A stretch of DNA of 64,000 bases from Candidatus Bathyarchaeota archaeon (GCA_963782525.1 CAWAKC010000007.1:348165-412164), one strand, 5' to 3'; positions 28,051 to 37,657 are shown, counted from the stretch's first letter. Numbers and translations: made by a program. The notes: generated by a model not told the origin, from the letters alone.

Positions 28051-28632
28051 ATGAGTTTAAAATCTCCAGAACAAAAAAGCGGTCATTTAGTATTGCCTGG
28101 CGAACGCTTAGGCGTTATTGAAGAATTTATTCCCGATGCGGGAACATACGTTAAAGACGGTGTTATTTTCTCAAAGGTTGTTGGTCGCTCACTGATGGAC
28201 CTGCAAACCAGACGCGTGTCTGTTTACCCTGTAGTTGATGGTGTGGTTGTTCCTAAAGTTGGGACTGTCGTTATCGGCCAAATCGGCAACGCCCAATCAG
28301 ACAACGTTCTAGTCAAAATATTCAGGATTGGAAACAAGAAACTCTCAGGAAATTTCGGTGGCATCCTCCACGTTTCCGACGTCTCTGACAGGTACGTTGA
28401 CCAAATAAGCGATGTTTGCAAGCCAGGCGACATCATCAGAGCTAAAGTCATCAGCGATAAGAATCAAGTTTTCCACTTATCAATGAACGATAAAGGATTG
28501 GGTGTTCTGTACGGTTTCTGCTCCAGATGTGGTACCTTGCTTGAGCAGCATGGCTATGACCTTAAATGCCCCAAAGATGGTAACGTAGAAACACGGAAAA
28601 TATCTCCAGATTACAGCAAAGAACAAATCTAA
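28051..28632 (+). CDS. csl4: exosome RNA-binding subunit Csl4
   Basis: VLPGERLGVIEEF, S1 domain, C-terminal zinc ribbon ending ETRKIS. Confidence 0.95.
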   Translation: MSLKSPEQKSGHLVLPGERLGVIEEFIPDAGTYVKDGVIFSKVVGRSLMDLQTRRVSVYPVVDGVVVPKVGTVVIGQIGNAQSDNVLVKIFRIGNKKLSGNFGGILHVSDVSDRYVDQISDVCKPGDIIRAKVISDKNQVFHLSMNDKGLGVLYGFCSRCGTLLEQHGYDLKCPKDGNVETRKISPDYSKEQI

Positions 28633-28644
28633 AAGGCGAAATAG

Positions 28645-28926
28645 ATGAAAGTTAAAGTACTCAAAAAATCAGAAAACGAACTAAAAATCGAAATCGAAGG
28701 CTCAAGCCACGGGCTCTGTAACCTGTTAGCCAAGAGACTTTTAGAAGACAAAAAAGTAGAGTTTGCGGGCTACGATATCCCTCATCCTTTAGCTTCAAGC
28801 CCCATCATCTACCTCCGCATGAAAGGCGCAAACAAGCCAGAAGATGCGTTGATTGAGGCTACCGAGAAGGTTCGGGAAGCAAACGATGCTTTTGGCAAAG
28901 AGCTTACACGCGTTCTCAAAGCATGA
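28645..28926 (+). CDS. rpoL: RNA polymerase subunit Rpo11 (L)
   Basis: EGSSHGLCNLL and FAGYDIPHPL motifs. Confidence 0.95.
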   Translation: MKVKVLKKSENELKIEIEGSSHGLCNLLAKRLLEDKKVEFAGYDIPHPLASSPIIYLRMKGANKPEDALIEATEKVREANDAFGKELTRVLKA

Positions 28927-28933
28927 TCCAAAC

Positions 28934-28951
28934 TTTTTTAATTTTTTTTTT
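28934..28951 (+). terminator. oligo-T tract after rpoL (possible archaeal terminator)
   Basis: TTTTTTAATTTTTTTTTT shortly after the stop codon. Confidence 0.45.
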
Positions 28952-29019
28952 CGAGATGGTTCTTTCAACCTTTAGAGTGCCTTTAAATTGAATCCCAGTG
29001 TATTAATTTAGGGAAGAAT

Positions 29020-29625
29020 TTGAGTAAGACAAAGAGTTTCCGTGTCATAAAGCCAGAAATCAGAGTGCTCGGAATAGATGACGGAAAATTTGTTCCACAC
29101 ACCAAAGGTTCAGCTATGATTGTGGGTGTTGTTTTTCGGGGAGGATACTCAATTGATGGCATAATGCATACCGAAATCTCAATTGACGGTTTAGATGCAA
29201 CTGAAAAGTTGGTTTCAATGATTAACAGTTCTCCTCACCGTAGGCAGTTGCGGTTGGTGATGCTGAATGGGGTAACGTATGCAGGTTTTAACGTTGTTGA
29301 TTTAAAAAAACTGAATTTGCTAACGGGCCTTCCAGTTATTGCCTTAACGCATGATAAGCCAAATTTGGACGCCATTAGTTCAGCGCTCAAGAACTTGCCT
29401 GAATGCGAGGAGCGGCGAAGCTTGGTGCTTGAAGCAGGGCCAATTTATGAGGTAACCAACCACGGCACCACAGTTTACATGGTGTTAGCAGGAATATCAC
29501 TTGGTGATGCTGAGAAAATAATAAAGTTAACGTCAACTCGGAGTTGTATGCCTGAACCTCTCCGTGTTGCACATCTAATCGCGTCGGGCATTACCTCAGA
29601 TTTTGGGGAAATGGAAAAAGTTTAA
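29020..29625 (+). CDS. DUF99/UPF0215 protein (endonuclease V-like fold)
   Basis: IKPEIRVLGIDDG, DGLDAT, AGFNVVD and PEPLRVAHLIA motifs. Confidence 0.9.
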   Translation: MSKTKSFRVIKPEIRVLGIDDGKFVPHTKGSAMIVGVVFRGGYSIDGIMHTEISIDGLDATEKLVSMINSSPHRRQLRLVMLNGVTYAGFNVVDLKKLNLLTGLPVIALTHDKPNLDAISSALKNLPECEERRSLVLEAGPIYEVTNHGTTVYMVLAGISLGDAEKIIKLTSTRSCMPEPLRVAHLIASGITSDFGEMEKV

Positions 29626-29663
29626 AAGGTACAAAGCTAAGGGAATCCCAAAACGGATAAGGA

Positions 29664-30026
29664 TTGAGGTATATGGAATTCTGCCCTAAATGCGGTTCGC
29701 GTCTTGAGCCAAAGAAATCAAAGAGCGGTAAAGATGCAACTTTGGTTCTTGCCTGCCCAAAATGTGGCTACAAAAAGCCTGAAGCAGACAAAAAAATCGA
29801 GCGAGTGGCACCCAAAGTTATCCAGCATTCTCCTCAACAATTTGTAGCTGTCATCGGCAAAGAGGAGCAGAAGCTGAGCACGTTGCCCACTGTGCGGATC
29901 GAGTGTCCAAGGTGTGGAAACAACACGGCTTATGTTTGGCAAGTACAGACACGCGGAGCAGACGAATCATCCACCCAGTTCTTACGCTGCACTAAATGCA
30001 ACTACACCTACAGAGAATACAGCTAA
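29664..30026 (+). CDS. tfs: transcription factor S (TFS)
   Basis: MEFCPKCG and CPRCG...QTRGADESSTQFLRCTKC. Confidence 0.95.
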   Translation: MRYMEFCPKCGSRLEPKKSKSGKDATLVLACPKCGYKKPEADKKIERVAPKVIQHSPQQFVAVIGKEEQKLSTLPTVRIECPRCGNNTAYVWQVQTRGADESSTQFLRCTKCNYTYREYS

Positions 30027-30123
30027 CAAGCCGAATTCTTAACTTCGCGCTAAGTCTCTTTCTAAGGAAGACAAGTGCTTGAAATTTACCAGAGTATTGA
30101 AAAGCGCGAGCCTCCCATAGTTT

Positions 30124-30152
30124 TGATGTGAGGGTTGGATTTGAACCCATGA
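30124..30152 (-). pseudogene. degenerate tRNA 3-prime fragment (T-arm plus acceptor strand, Leu-like)
   Basis: Reverse complement TCATGGGTTCAAATCCAACCCTCACATCA; no D or anticodon arm upstream. Confidence 0.55.
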
Positions 30153-30637
30153 TATTTGTTTTTTCTCAAAATAGTTTCTGCTAAGAGCTATCGTTTCTTT
30201 GTTTTTTGTGGGGATGGGTTGCGCTGGAAATTCCCCATCCCACGTTGGGTTGAGGGGGCGGTTGGTTTTTTGATTTAGGCTGTTTTTCTGGTTGCCTTGG
30301 GATGGGGAAAGCGGTTTTTTTTGCCCACGTTCTATGTTGCGCCATGTTGATGTGGATGGGATGAGGAAGGGGAAGCATATTGGCGACTCAATTTCTATGC
30401 CAAGCAGGAACTACTGATCTTCATAATGGGTATTGGGCTCAGGATAGTGATCGTAATTGGTGGTGGAGCATAATGCCTGTTTATGTAACTCTAGCAATAG
30501 CTTCAAGTGTAGTAGTTATCAGAAAAGGAAAGCGATAAAATCATTCTTCTCTTTTCTTTTCCTTTCTTAATTGCGATGGATTACATACCCTTTTTTAACA
30601 TTAAAACTACCATATCATATTCGTTTACAGGTATGGA

Positions 30638-31696
30638 TTGCTGATGCAGGATCTTCTCGCAAAAATTAAGGAATACTTAATCAAGCTTTTGCCGCTCATC
30701 GCGTTTGCCACACCCCTGGCCTTACTGTACCTTCTAAACCCTGTCGATTCGGCGCTGAAGATTTCGCCGCAGAATTCTTTCCAAACAATGTGGAAAGGTA
30801 GAACTTTTGAGTTGTTCTTCATCTGGCTTGTTTCGCTTGAATATATTCTAAGTTGGGAAACCATCCAATCAAAAATAACTATGCAAAAAAAGGCAAGAAC
30901 GTTGTTGTTTGCTGTGGTTTTGTTGCTTCCTAGCTTGTTTGTGTTCTTAGAGTATTCTGGGTTGAATATGGCTGTGGCTTCTTGGGCTACGCAGGATGGG
31001 TTGGTTTTTGCGGGCACATTGCCGATCGCAATCGAATACTTGGTATTTTCGCTTCTGTTTTGTTTAGCGGTGTTTGTGCCTTTTGGCAAAAAGGGGTTGA
31101 CTGGTTTTGCTTTGCCAGTCTTGTTTGTTGGCCTAATCGGCGTTATCTACGCTATCGACACCATTTTTCCCCACGGACAATTTACGCCATTTCAGTTGCT
31201 TGTTCCCACGACTGCCTCGTTTGCAGGGGACATTTTGAGTTTGATGGGAAACACCGTTGTTGTGGGCACGGACCTTGGGACTACGATGCCGACTCTGCAG
31301 GTTACTGGTGCTTTGGGAACCGCAAAGTTTGCGGTAGCTTGGCCCTGCGCAGGCATAGAGAGCCTGCTTATTTTCACGGCTGTGGCTCTGCTGTTCTTGA
31401 AGCGCATGCCCATTTCTATGAGAGCCAAAGTTGGGTACTTAGCGTTTGGAGCAGCCATCACTTACCTCATCAACATCTTTAGAATAGTCTCTATCTTCAT
31501 GATTGGGATGCAGTTTGGTGTGGACTCATCTCAAGTGGAAGCATTCCACGCTTACTACGGTCCATTATACGCGGTGGCATGGATAATTTCGTATCCGCTG
31601 CTTATTCTCATAAGCCAAATGGCTTGGCAAAAATACAGGAGCCATAAACCTTCGGAAGTTAAGACGTTTCAACCAAAACCGCTAAGCCTTGCTTAA
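30638..31696 (+). CDS. exosortase/archaeosortase-family membrane transpeptidase (thaumarchaeosortase-like)
   Basis: Multi-TM protein with Cys (WPCAGIES), Arg (NIFRI) and His (FHAYYG) triad. Confidence 0.88.
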   Translation: MLMQDLLAKIKEYLIKLLPLIAFATPLALLYLLNPVDSALKISPQNSFQTMWKGRTFELFFIWLVSLEYILSWETIQSKITMQKKARTLLFAVVLLLPSLFVFLEYSGLNMAVASWATQDGLVFAGTLPIAIEYLVFSLLFCLAVFVPFGKKGLTGFALPVLFVGLIGVIYAIDTIFPHGQFTPFQLLVPTTASFAGDILSLMGNTVVVGTDLGTTMPTLQVTGALGTAKFAVAWPCAGIESLLIFTAVALLFLKRMPISMRAKVGYLAFGAAITYLINIFRIVSIFMIGMQFGVDSSQVEAFHAYYGPLYAVAWIISYPLLILISQMAWQKYRSHKPSEVKTFQPKPLSLA

Positions 31697-32246
31697 CCAA
31701 AATTTGCGCGTTCTGAGGAGGCAGTGAAGCAACATCCTCCGCCACGAACGGTCCATAGGATTTCATGTCTGCACCCATAATCGCAGGTATACTCTTCAGG
31801 AACCTTACAGTTGACCGATGGGCTCGCGTCGGTTCTGCAGGGTCTGTTGATTCAACTTTAATTATGACTTTAATCGGCTCCGACACTAATTGCCCTTGCA
31901 TTAAGCCGCCGGCAAATTTTTTGTAGGATTTTGAGAAATCGGCGAAGGTTTCGCACATCTTGGCTTCTTCAAACGTCAAGAGTTCAACGGGCAGCTTTTG
32001 GCTTTTAGTTACAGTTTTGATGATTTTTCTGTACCTGACCTCGAGCAGTTCCTCAAGCATTCGCTCAACGTTCTGCGCTTCATGGGTAAGCAGGTTCATT
32101 TTGACAGATTTTTTGTCGAGAATTTTGTCTTCTTCTTTTATCCGCTTTAGGTACTCGCCGATTTTGCGGTAAAAATCCGTTTGCAGTGCCCCAAGCGTTG
32201 GGTCGTCGATTTCCCGTTGCCAGGCCGCATAGAGTTCATTGTACAT
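31659..32246 (-). CDS. GINS complex subunit Gins15
   Basis: Helical A domain then B domain VRFLKSIPAIMGADMKSYGPF...LPPQNAQILVKQG; coupled to priS. Confidence 0.88.
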   Translation of the reverse strand: MYNELYAAWQREIDDPTLGALQTDFYRKIGEYLKRIKEEDKILDKKSVKMNLLTHEAQNVERMLEELLEVRYRKIIKTVTKSQKLPVELLTFEEAKMCETFADFSKSYKKFAGGLMQGQLVSEPIKVIIKVESTDPAEPTRAHRSTVRFLKSIPAIMGADMKSYGPFVAEDVASLPPQNAQILVKQGLAVLVETS

Positions 32247-33472
32247 TACTTTGCCACCTCAGCTCTTCTCTTACAGATAAGCATAACCGCCGCAGCAACC
32301 GGCAACTCAACAGTTTGATTTTTGTATGGACCCAACGTTTCCCCACTCAACTTAAACTCTGGTGCATCAAACACCAACACCTTCACCTTGCCCTTTTTAA
32401 AAGCTACCGCTCCAGTGAATGGGTCAAAATCCTGCAGGTCTTTGGCGGGGAATTCGATTTTTTTTAAGCCTGTTTTGCCGTGTAGAGTGCCGTTCATGCG
32501 GATTAGGCGGTGGATGTCGGTGGTGACTACGGTGTCAATCTTTGAGGACTGCTGGTCTTTGACGTATTCGGCTAGTTTTAGCCACGTTTGTACACTTACG
32601 CCGTTAATGCTTTCCCATCTGCCCTCTTTGATAGCTCGATTAACTATTGTGTCCCTGTTTTCTAGCAATGCCTTGTTCTTTAGGCCGACAGCTCTGAGAT
32701 CTTCTTTAGTAGCTTTAACAAGAAACTCCTGCATCCCAATTTTTAAGAGCCTATTCCAGCCGAAATTGTGCAGACTAAACTTTTTAGTTGCTGACCTTTT
32801 CCCACGTTTCTTCTCTTGCTTCTTGTCGAGAATGCTAATGCCCAAACCCGTAACGTAATCGACGATTTCTTTTCTCGCCATCGCATCAAGTGACCGCACA
32901 ATTTCATTTTCAATGTGAACGTGGTAACCGCGGTGACCAGAAAAATAAACGTGCATCTCATCTTGGGAGAAGCCGAAGTCGTTTCCTAACATGTCGAGGA
33001 GTTTGGCGGTTTCTTCTCGGGCAGATTGAATACACAAGTCACAGGCCCATATCTTGGTTTCAAACTTGGATGCTTCACAGCAGGGGCAGATTTCGGGGGT
33101 GATTCCTCTGCCTTCAAAGCCGCATTTTACGCATCTGAATTCGTCGTGGATTTTGTTGCATGTGGTTGGGATGTGGTCGGCGTCTATGTCGAAGACTAAG
33201 TCGGCGCCTATCCAGCCTTTTTTGTCCATGTCAAAGTCGGGGTTTTCGTAGTAAGCGCAGGAATGATAAACATCCGACGGCACCGTTTCAGCCAGCATTG
33301 ACCTAAACGTTTTGAATTCCGTGAACCTTCGGTGTCTAACCATGAATCGTTCTTTGAACATAAGGTAAGCGAATTCTCGCTGCTCGGGAAGGGTTGTTGC
33401 AGGAATCACTGTCGAGGGGTCGCGGTAGTAATCGGTGAACTTTTGGTAAACGAATTCTCGAGAAGCCTCCAT
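32246..33472 (-). CDS. priS: DNA primase small subunit PriS
   Basis: QREF, DLVFDIDAD, FSGHRGYHVH and IDTVVTTDIHRLIR motifs. Confidence 0.96.
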   Translation of the reverse strand: MEASREFVYQKFTDYYRDPSTVIPATTLPEQREFAYLMFKERFMVRHRRFTEFKTFRSMLAETVPSDVYHSCAYYENPDFDMDKKGWIGADLVFDIDADHIPTTCNKIHDEFRCVKCGFEGRGITPEICPCCEASKFETKIWACDLCIQSAREETAKLLDMLGNDFGFSQDEMHVYFSGHRGYHVHIENEIVRSLDAMARKEIVDYVTGLGISILDKKQEKKRGKRSATKKFSLHNFGWNRLLKIGMQEFLVKATKEDLRAVGLKNKALLENRDTIVNRAIKEGRWESINGVSVQTWLKLAEYVKDQQSSKIDTVVTTDIHRLIRMNGTLHGKTGLKKIEFPAKDLQDFDPFTGAVAFKKGKVKVLVFDAPEFKLSGETLGPYKNQTVELPVAAAVMLICKRRAEVAK

Positions 33473-33649
33473 AACCCCACCCTCTTGTTAACGATATGAT
33501 TATCCGGCTTGCCTAAATTTAACTTTAGCCGAAAAAACCCGTTTAACCAAACATTGGATTTGAGGAAGTTATTGAGGTTGGTTAGCGTTAATATGATAGC
33601 AAAAATTTTTATTTTCGATACATAAATGCAGTTTTGAGGAAAAAATAAA

Positions 33650-34302
33650 ATGAGTAGCTTAGAATCTAACAAGAACTTAGCTGGCATCGGCTCCATGTTA
33701 CTGTTGTTTCCAGTCGTCAGCATCGTCGGAATAATCTACTTTACTTAAGCATCAAAGGACTATCAGAGTACTACAAGGATGAAAGCATCTACAGAGATGC
33801 CCTCCGCGGCGTAATCTACGCAATCATCGCATTAGTCGCCATCGCAGTTGCAGTGCCACTATTCATAATCGGCGGCATGTTCAGTGTCTTCACTTTAGGT
33901 CCATTCGGCATAGGACTCGGATTAATCTCTCTGCTCCTGTTAGTTGTCATTGTTTTCATATTCTACGTTCTTGCAGCTATGCAATTACAAAAAGCCTTCA
34001 ACAACCTCGCACAGAAAACAGGCGAACACATTTTTGAAACCGCTGGAATGCTCTTATTCATAGGTGCCATACTGACGATAGTGTTCTTTATCGGCTTAAT
34101 TTTGATTTTTATCGCTTGGATAATCGCGACTATAGCGTTCTTCAGCATAAAAGTTCCAACGCAATCATACGCTTACGCTCAGCCAACAGCATCAACAGCT
34201 CCAACGACACAACCAAGCCGATATTGCCCAAACTGCGGTGCACCCCAAGACCCAAACGCAACCTTCTGCTCCTACTGCGGAAAACAGTTGCCCCCAGCCT
34301 AA
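33650..34302 (+). pseudogene. DUF996 membrane protein with C-terminal zinc ribbon, interrupted by a 1-bp frameshift near 33736
   Basis: ATG 33650 reads MSSLESNKNLAGIGSMLLLFPVVSIVGII then stops at 33746; the -1 frame continues LLYLSIKGLSEYYKDESIY into ORF 33853-34302 (CPNCG..CSYCG). Confidence 0.8.
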
Positions 34303-34392
34303 ACCTACCCATTTTTTACTTTTCTTGTGGCTGCCGAATGTAACCACATACGTTTAAGAGATAAACCAACTCGCTTTATTTGGGGGCGTTTC

Positions 34393-34593
34393 ATGGAAAG
34401 AAAACCACCTTACGGCAAAAGAATTAAGGACTTATCCAAAATACCTAAAGCACCACCGCTGCATGAAGAACCTCTACGTGGAATAAACCCGGGCAAGATA
34501 GTCTGTACGATTTGTGGAAAAACATTTTCAAACAAAAGTCAATTGGATCGGCACATGATAACTGAGCATGAATTGGACGAAGAAAAAGAGTAG
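34393..34593 (+). CDS. small C2H2 zinc-finger protein
   Basis: CTICGKTFSNKSQLDRHMITEH. Confidence 0.75.
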   Translation: MERKPPYGKRIKDLSKIPKAPPLHEEPLRGINPGKIVCTICGKTFSNKSQLDRHMITEHELDEEKE

Positions 34594-34812
34594 CATTGAA
34601 GACTTTAGGTTGTTTTTCGATTTTGAAATTTTTGGCTGCTTGTTTTGTGCTCTGTCGGCTAATCGTAAATGTAATATGGTAATTTGGGGACAAAGTGTCT
34701 TCTGAAATGCCATTTTACTTGAAGGATAAATCTGACGATGAAAGGTTTGTTCCTGTCCGAATTCATCTTCAACTGGTACCATTCAATAACAGAATAAAAT
34801 TTAATGATTAGT

Positions 34813-34890
34813 TGGTGCTCCGGCCGGGATTTGGACCCGGGTCGCCGACTCGAAAGGCCAGTATACTTGACCGGACTATACTACCGGAGC
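34813..34890 (-). tRNA. tRNA-Glu(UUC), encoded CCA, no intron, atypical T-loop
   Basis: GCTCCGG TA GTAT AGTCCGGTCAA GTAT A CTGGC CTTTCGA GTCGG CGAC CCGGG TCCAAAT CCCGG CCGGAGC A CCA folds as a full cloverleaf. Confidence 0.92.
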
Positions 34891-34952
34891 GCTTTACAAC
34901 AAAGCATCAACCAGAATGCTTTTTCCCTCGAATAAACCTTACCCTTCCAGAA

Positions 34953-35477
34953 TTATACTTTAACTAACTGGCTTGTCGGCTTTGGTTTTTTTGGGGCAAA
35001 TAAATGAGCCGTTATTTGCTCAACAAGTTTAGCTTGGGTTGCACTGGTTTTTTCGAGTTCTTGGATTCTTTTTTCAAGATCGTTGGACATGATTTTGCCC
35101 TCGATGCGGTTTGAGCTGCGGAACATGAGTAGCATCTTGAACACTTCATCGATTGCTCTCCGTTGTTCTTCTGAGGATGCAGGTTTTATTCCTGCAACTA
35201 TCGAAAGGAGGTCCACATAGTGTTCTTTGATTTTTAACTCCGCATTAACTGAAGGGTCGGTTGGGAACGCGATGCTAAGCGGCGTCTTCTTAGCTAATTC
35301 AGCGGCAGTTGGGAAACGGATGATTATATCTCCTCTTATCCAGGAAGACACAAACTCTAAAACAAAGCGTTGAATATCTTCTTGTGAGTAAAGCAAGGAT
35401 GACTCTGGCTTTGGCTCAGGTTTTCTTTTGATTCGGACACTTATGATTTTTTTGTCGTCTGCATTATCCTTCGACAT
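34953..35477 (-). CDS. hypothetical protein with C-terminal coiled coil
   Basis: 174-aa ORF filling the gap between the HD gene and the tRNA; no recognisable motif. Confidence 0.65.
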   Translation of the reverse strand: MSKDNADDKKIISVRIKRKPEPKPESSLLYSQEDIQRFVLEFVSSWIRGDIIIRFPTAAELAKKTPLSIAFPTDPSVNAELKIKEHYVDLLSIVAGIKPASSEEQRRAIDEVFKMLLMFRSSNRIEGKIMSNDLEKRIQELEKTSATQAKLVEQITAHLFAPKKPKPTSQLVKV

Positions 35478-35551
35478 AAAGTTCCCTTCTAAGCGTTCTC
35501 CGTGTTGTTTTCTTAAGCAACACCTAGTATTTAAGAAAAAGCGTCTGCGGC

Positions 35552-36832
35552 CTAGAAAGAAATTTTGGCGGCTGAAGGAATCTTGCCCAAGATCTTCGCT
35601 GTTGCCTTCTCAACCCTTGCTCTATCTGCTTCTGAGGTGTAGACGCGCAGGATATTCATGAAGCCTTTGAGGGTTTCAAAAATCTTCGAACTCTCGCTTA
35701 GCCGCTGAAGTTTCTTTTCTCCCCCTGGACTTCTCGTAAACACTGGAATCTCGGTTGACTCCATGAGCACCGCATGGTGGTAGGGAACAGATGGTACGGT
35801 TGGCACATCGATAATAACGGAATCTAATTCCACGCCTGCCTCCCTGGCGATTTCACTCTGCACCTGCCGCCGATACGACTCACGACCAAACAAATTAGAT
35901 ATCATGGCATCCTTCTCATAGAAAGTCCGTTCGTAAGCGCATTTGAGCATGCGCCGATTTTCTAAGTTGCTAATGATTTCGTTGGATGCTTTGCATTTTC
36001 TGAGGGCTGCCCAAACAGTGTAATCGTCCAGCGCCATGTATTCTTCAGGCGTTTTGAAGGCTGTTAACCCCAGTTCTTTGTTGGCTTTGTCCATGGCTGT
36101 TGCCAGCATAATCTGCGCGGCTCGCCCGACACGGTGGAAATAGATGCTCTTGAAAGATTCAATGCGGGCAATAACGAACGCTTCCAAAGCCGACAATGCC
36201 CCTAATTCGACGGCTAAGTTTTCGCCCAAAACGTCGAGTGCATGTATGAGTCGGTAGACATCGATGAAGCCGTATTCGGCGCCTGTATGGTAAGTATCTC
36301 GTACGATGAAGTCCTGTTTGTCAACGTCTACAGCGCTGCTAATTATCTGGTCGAGGAACGCTCGGTCTTTTTTATGTAGCTTCCCCACTGCTAGCCCTGC
36401 AACTTCTTTTGCGTTGAAGCCCATATTGGATAGTTTGTCGCTTACTTCGCTTTTTTCTATAATCCAGGAGGTGATGTCTTCGTGGGTTTTCTCAAGGTCT
36501 TTGATTAGCAAATGCTCAAAGACGTGGGAGAAAGGGCCGTGTCCACAATCATGCAGAAGAGCTGAGATGCGACACATGTCCACTTCTTCGTCGTTGACGA
36601 TGCGCGAAATGTTGGGGTTTTCTAAAACATGTCCAGCGAGGTACATAACTCCCAGGCTGTGTTCGAAGCGTGTGTGGTTAGCGCCTGGATAAACGTACTC
36701 AGATCCCGCCAACTGCCTGAGTCTTCGGAGCCGCTGCATAGGATAAGTGTCTATTACGTTTTTTTCTGCTTCAGTAATGTACACGTAGCCATGTACGGGA
36801 TCCTTGATTTCTCCCCAGTAAGCTTTAGGCAC
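35552..36832 (-). CDS. HD-domain dNTP triphosphohydrolase (SAMHD1-like)
   Basis: IKDPVHGY, QRLRRLRQL, HTRFEHSLG, LLHDCGHGPFSH and DVDKQDF motifs; likely GTG start at 36832. Confidence 0.93.
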   Translation of the reverse strand: MPKAYWGEIKDPVHGYVYITEAEKNVIDTYPMQRLRRLRQLAGSEYVYPGANHTRFEHSLGVMYLAGHVLENPNISRIVNDEEVDMCRISALLHDCGHGPFSHVFEHLLIKDLEKTHEDITSWIIEKSEVSDKLSNMGFNAKEVAGLAVGKLHKKDRAFLDQIISSAVDVDKQDFIVRDTYHTGAEYGFIDVYRLIHALDVLGENLAVELGALSALEAFVIARIESFKSIYFHRVGRAAQIMLATAMDKANKELGLTAFKTPEEYMALDDYTVWAALRKCKASNEIISNLENRRMLKCAYERTFYEKDAMISNLFGRESYRRQVQSEIAREAGVELDSVIIDVPTVPSVPYHHAVLMESTEIPVFTRSPGGEKKLQRLSESSKIFETLKGFMNILRVYTSEADRARVEKATAKILGKIPSAAKISF

Positions 36833-36909
36833 AAGCGCAGCCTCACAGTTGTAAGCTATATTTAGGTAACTTCCATTAATGTGTAACGTATACCGGTCGA
36901 GGGTCAAAT

Positions 36910-37521
36910 ATGGGTAAAAAGGGCATCTTCATCGTTATCGAAGGCTTAGACGGAAGCGGAAAAACCACCCAAGCAATCCTGCTCGCAAAAAAACTGTCTG
37001 AAAACCACAAAATTTTTTTGACTGCTGAACCCAGCCGTGGCAAAACCGGCGTCTTCATCCGCGAGAGTTGCCTCTACGAAGACAAACGTCTCCCAACCGA
37101 AGCAGAAGCCCTACTCTTCGCCGCCGACCGCATAGAACACATGTACAGCGAAGTAAAGCCTGCCTTAGATGAGGGCAAACTGGTGATTTGTGACCGCTAC
37201 ATCTACTCGTCCCTTGCCTACCAGGGCAGCGCAGGCCTTAGCCTTGAATGGATAAAAACAATCAATGCCCGCTCATTGCAACCAGATTTCAGTATTTTCA
37301 TCGATGTAGCCCCCGAACGGGTGATTGAGCGCCTGCAACGAAAGAAGTCGGTAATGGAAACTTTGGAGACTCAGACGAAAGTCCGTGAAGTTTACCTCAA
37401 ATACGTGGCAAAGGGCGAACTTATAAGGATTGACGGAGATAAGCCAAAAGACGCTGTAGCAGAGGCGATATATGCTAAAGTTTCGGGTCTGCTTAGGGCT
37501 TGCGAGGGCTTTGTCTCTTAA
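36910..37521 (+). CDS. tmk: thymidylate kinase
   Basis: EGLDGSGKTTQ, LLFAADR and DRYIYSSLAYQG motifs. Confidence 0.96.
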   Translation: MGKKGIFIVIEGLDGSGKTTQAILLAKKLSENHKIFLTAEPSRGKTGVFIRESCLYEDKRLPTEAEALLFAADRIEHMYSEVKPALDEGKLVICDRYIYSSLAYQGSAGLSLEWIKTINARSLQPDFSIFIDVAPERVIERLQRKKSVMETLETQTKVREVYLKYVAKGELIRIDGDKPKDAVAEAIYAKVSGLLRACEGFVS

Positions 37522-37657
37522 CTACCGTTTTTCAACAGTTAATGACGCTGAAAACACCAATACAGACCTGCTCTCACTTGAGAAAAAAATCCTACCCCCT
37601 CTACCGTTTCTGCAATGATAAACTATTAGCTTCAAATATTTGGCGAAAATTTGGTGT

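Noticed and set aside
28510-28590. Csl4 zinc ribbon with Asp replacing the fourth Cys (CPKD)
   Set aside because: Asp can act as a zinc ligand; minor variation with no other anomaly
30124-30152. Functional tRNA or split-tRNA half
   Set aside because: T-stem mismatches, no anticodon arm and no complementary leader; kept only as a remnant
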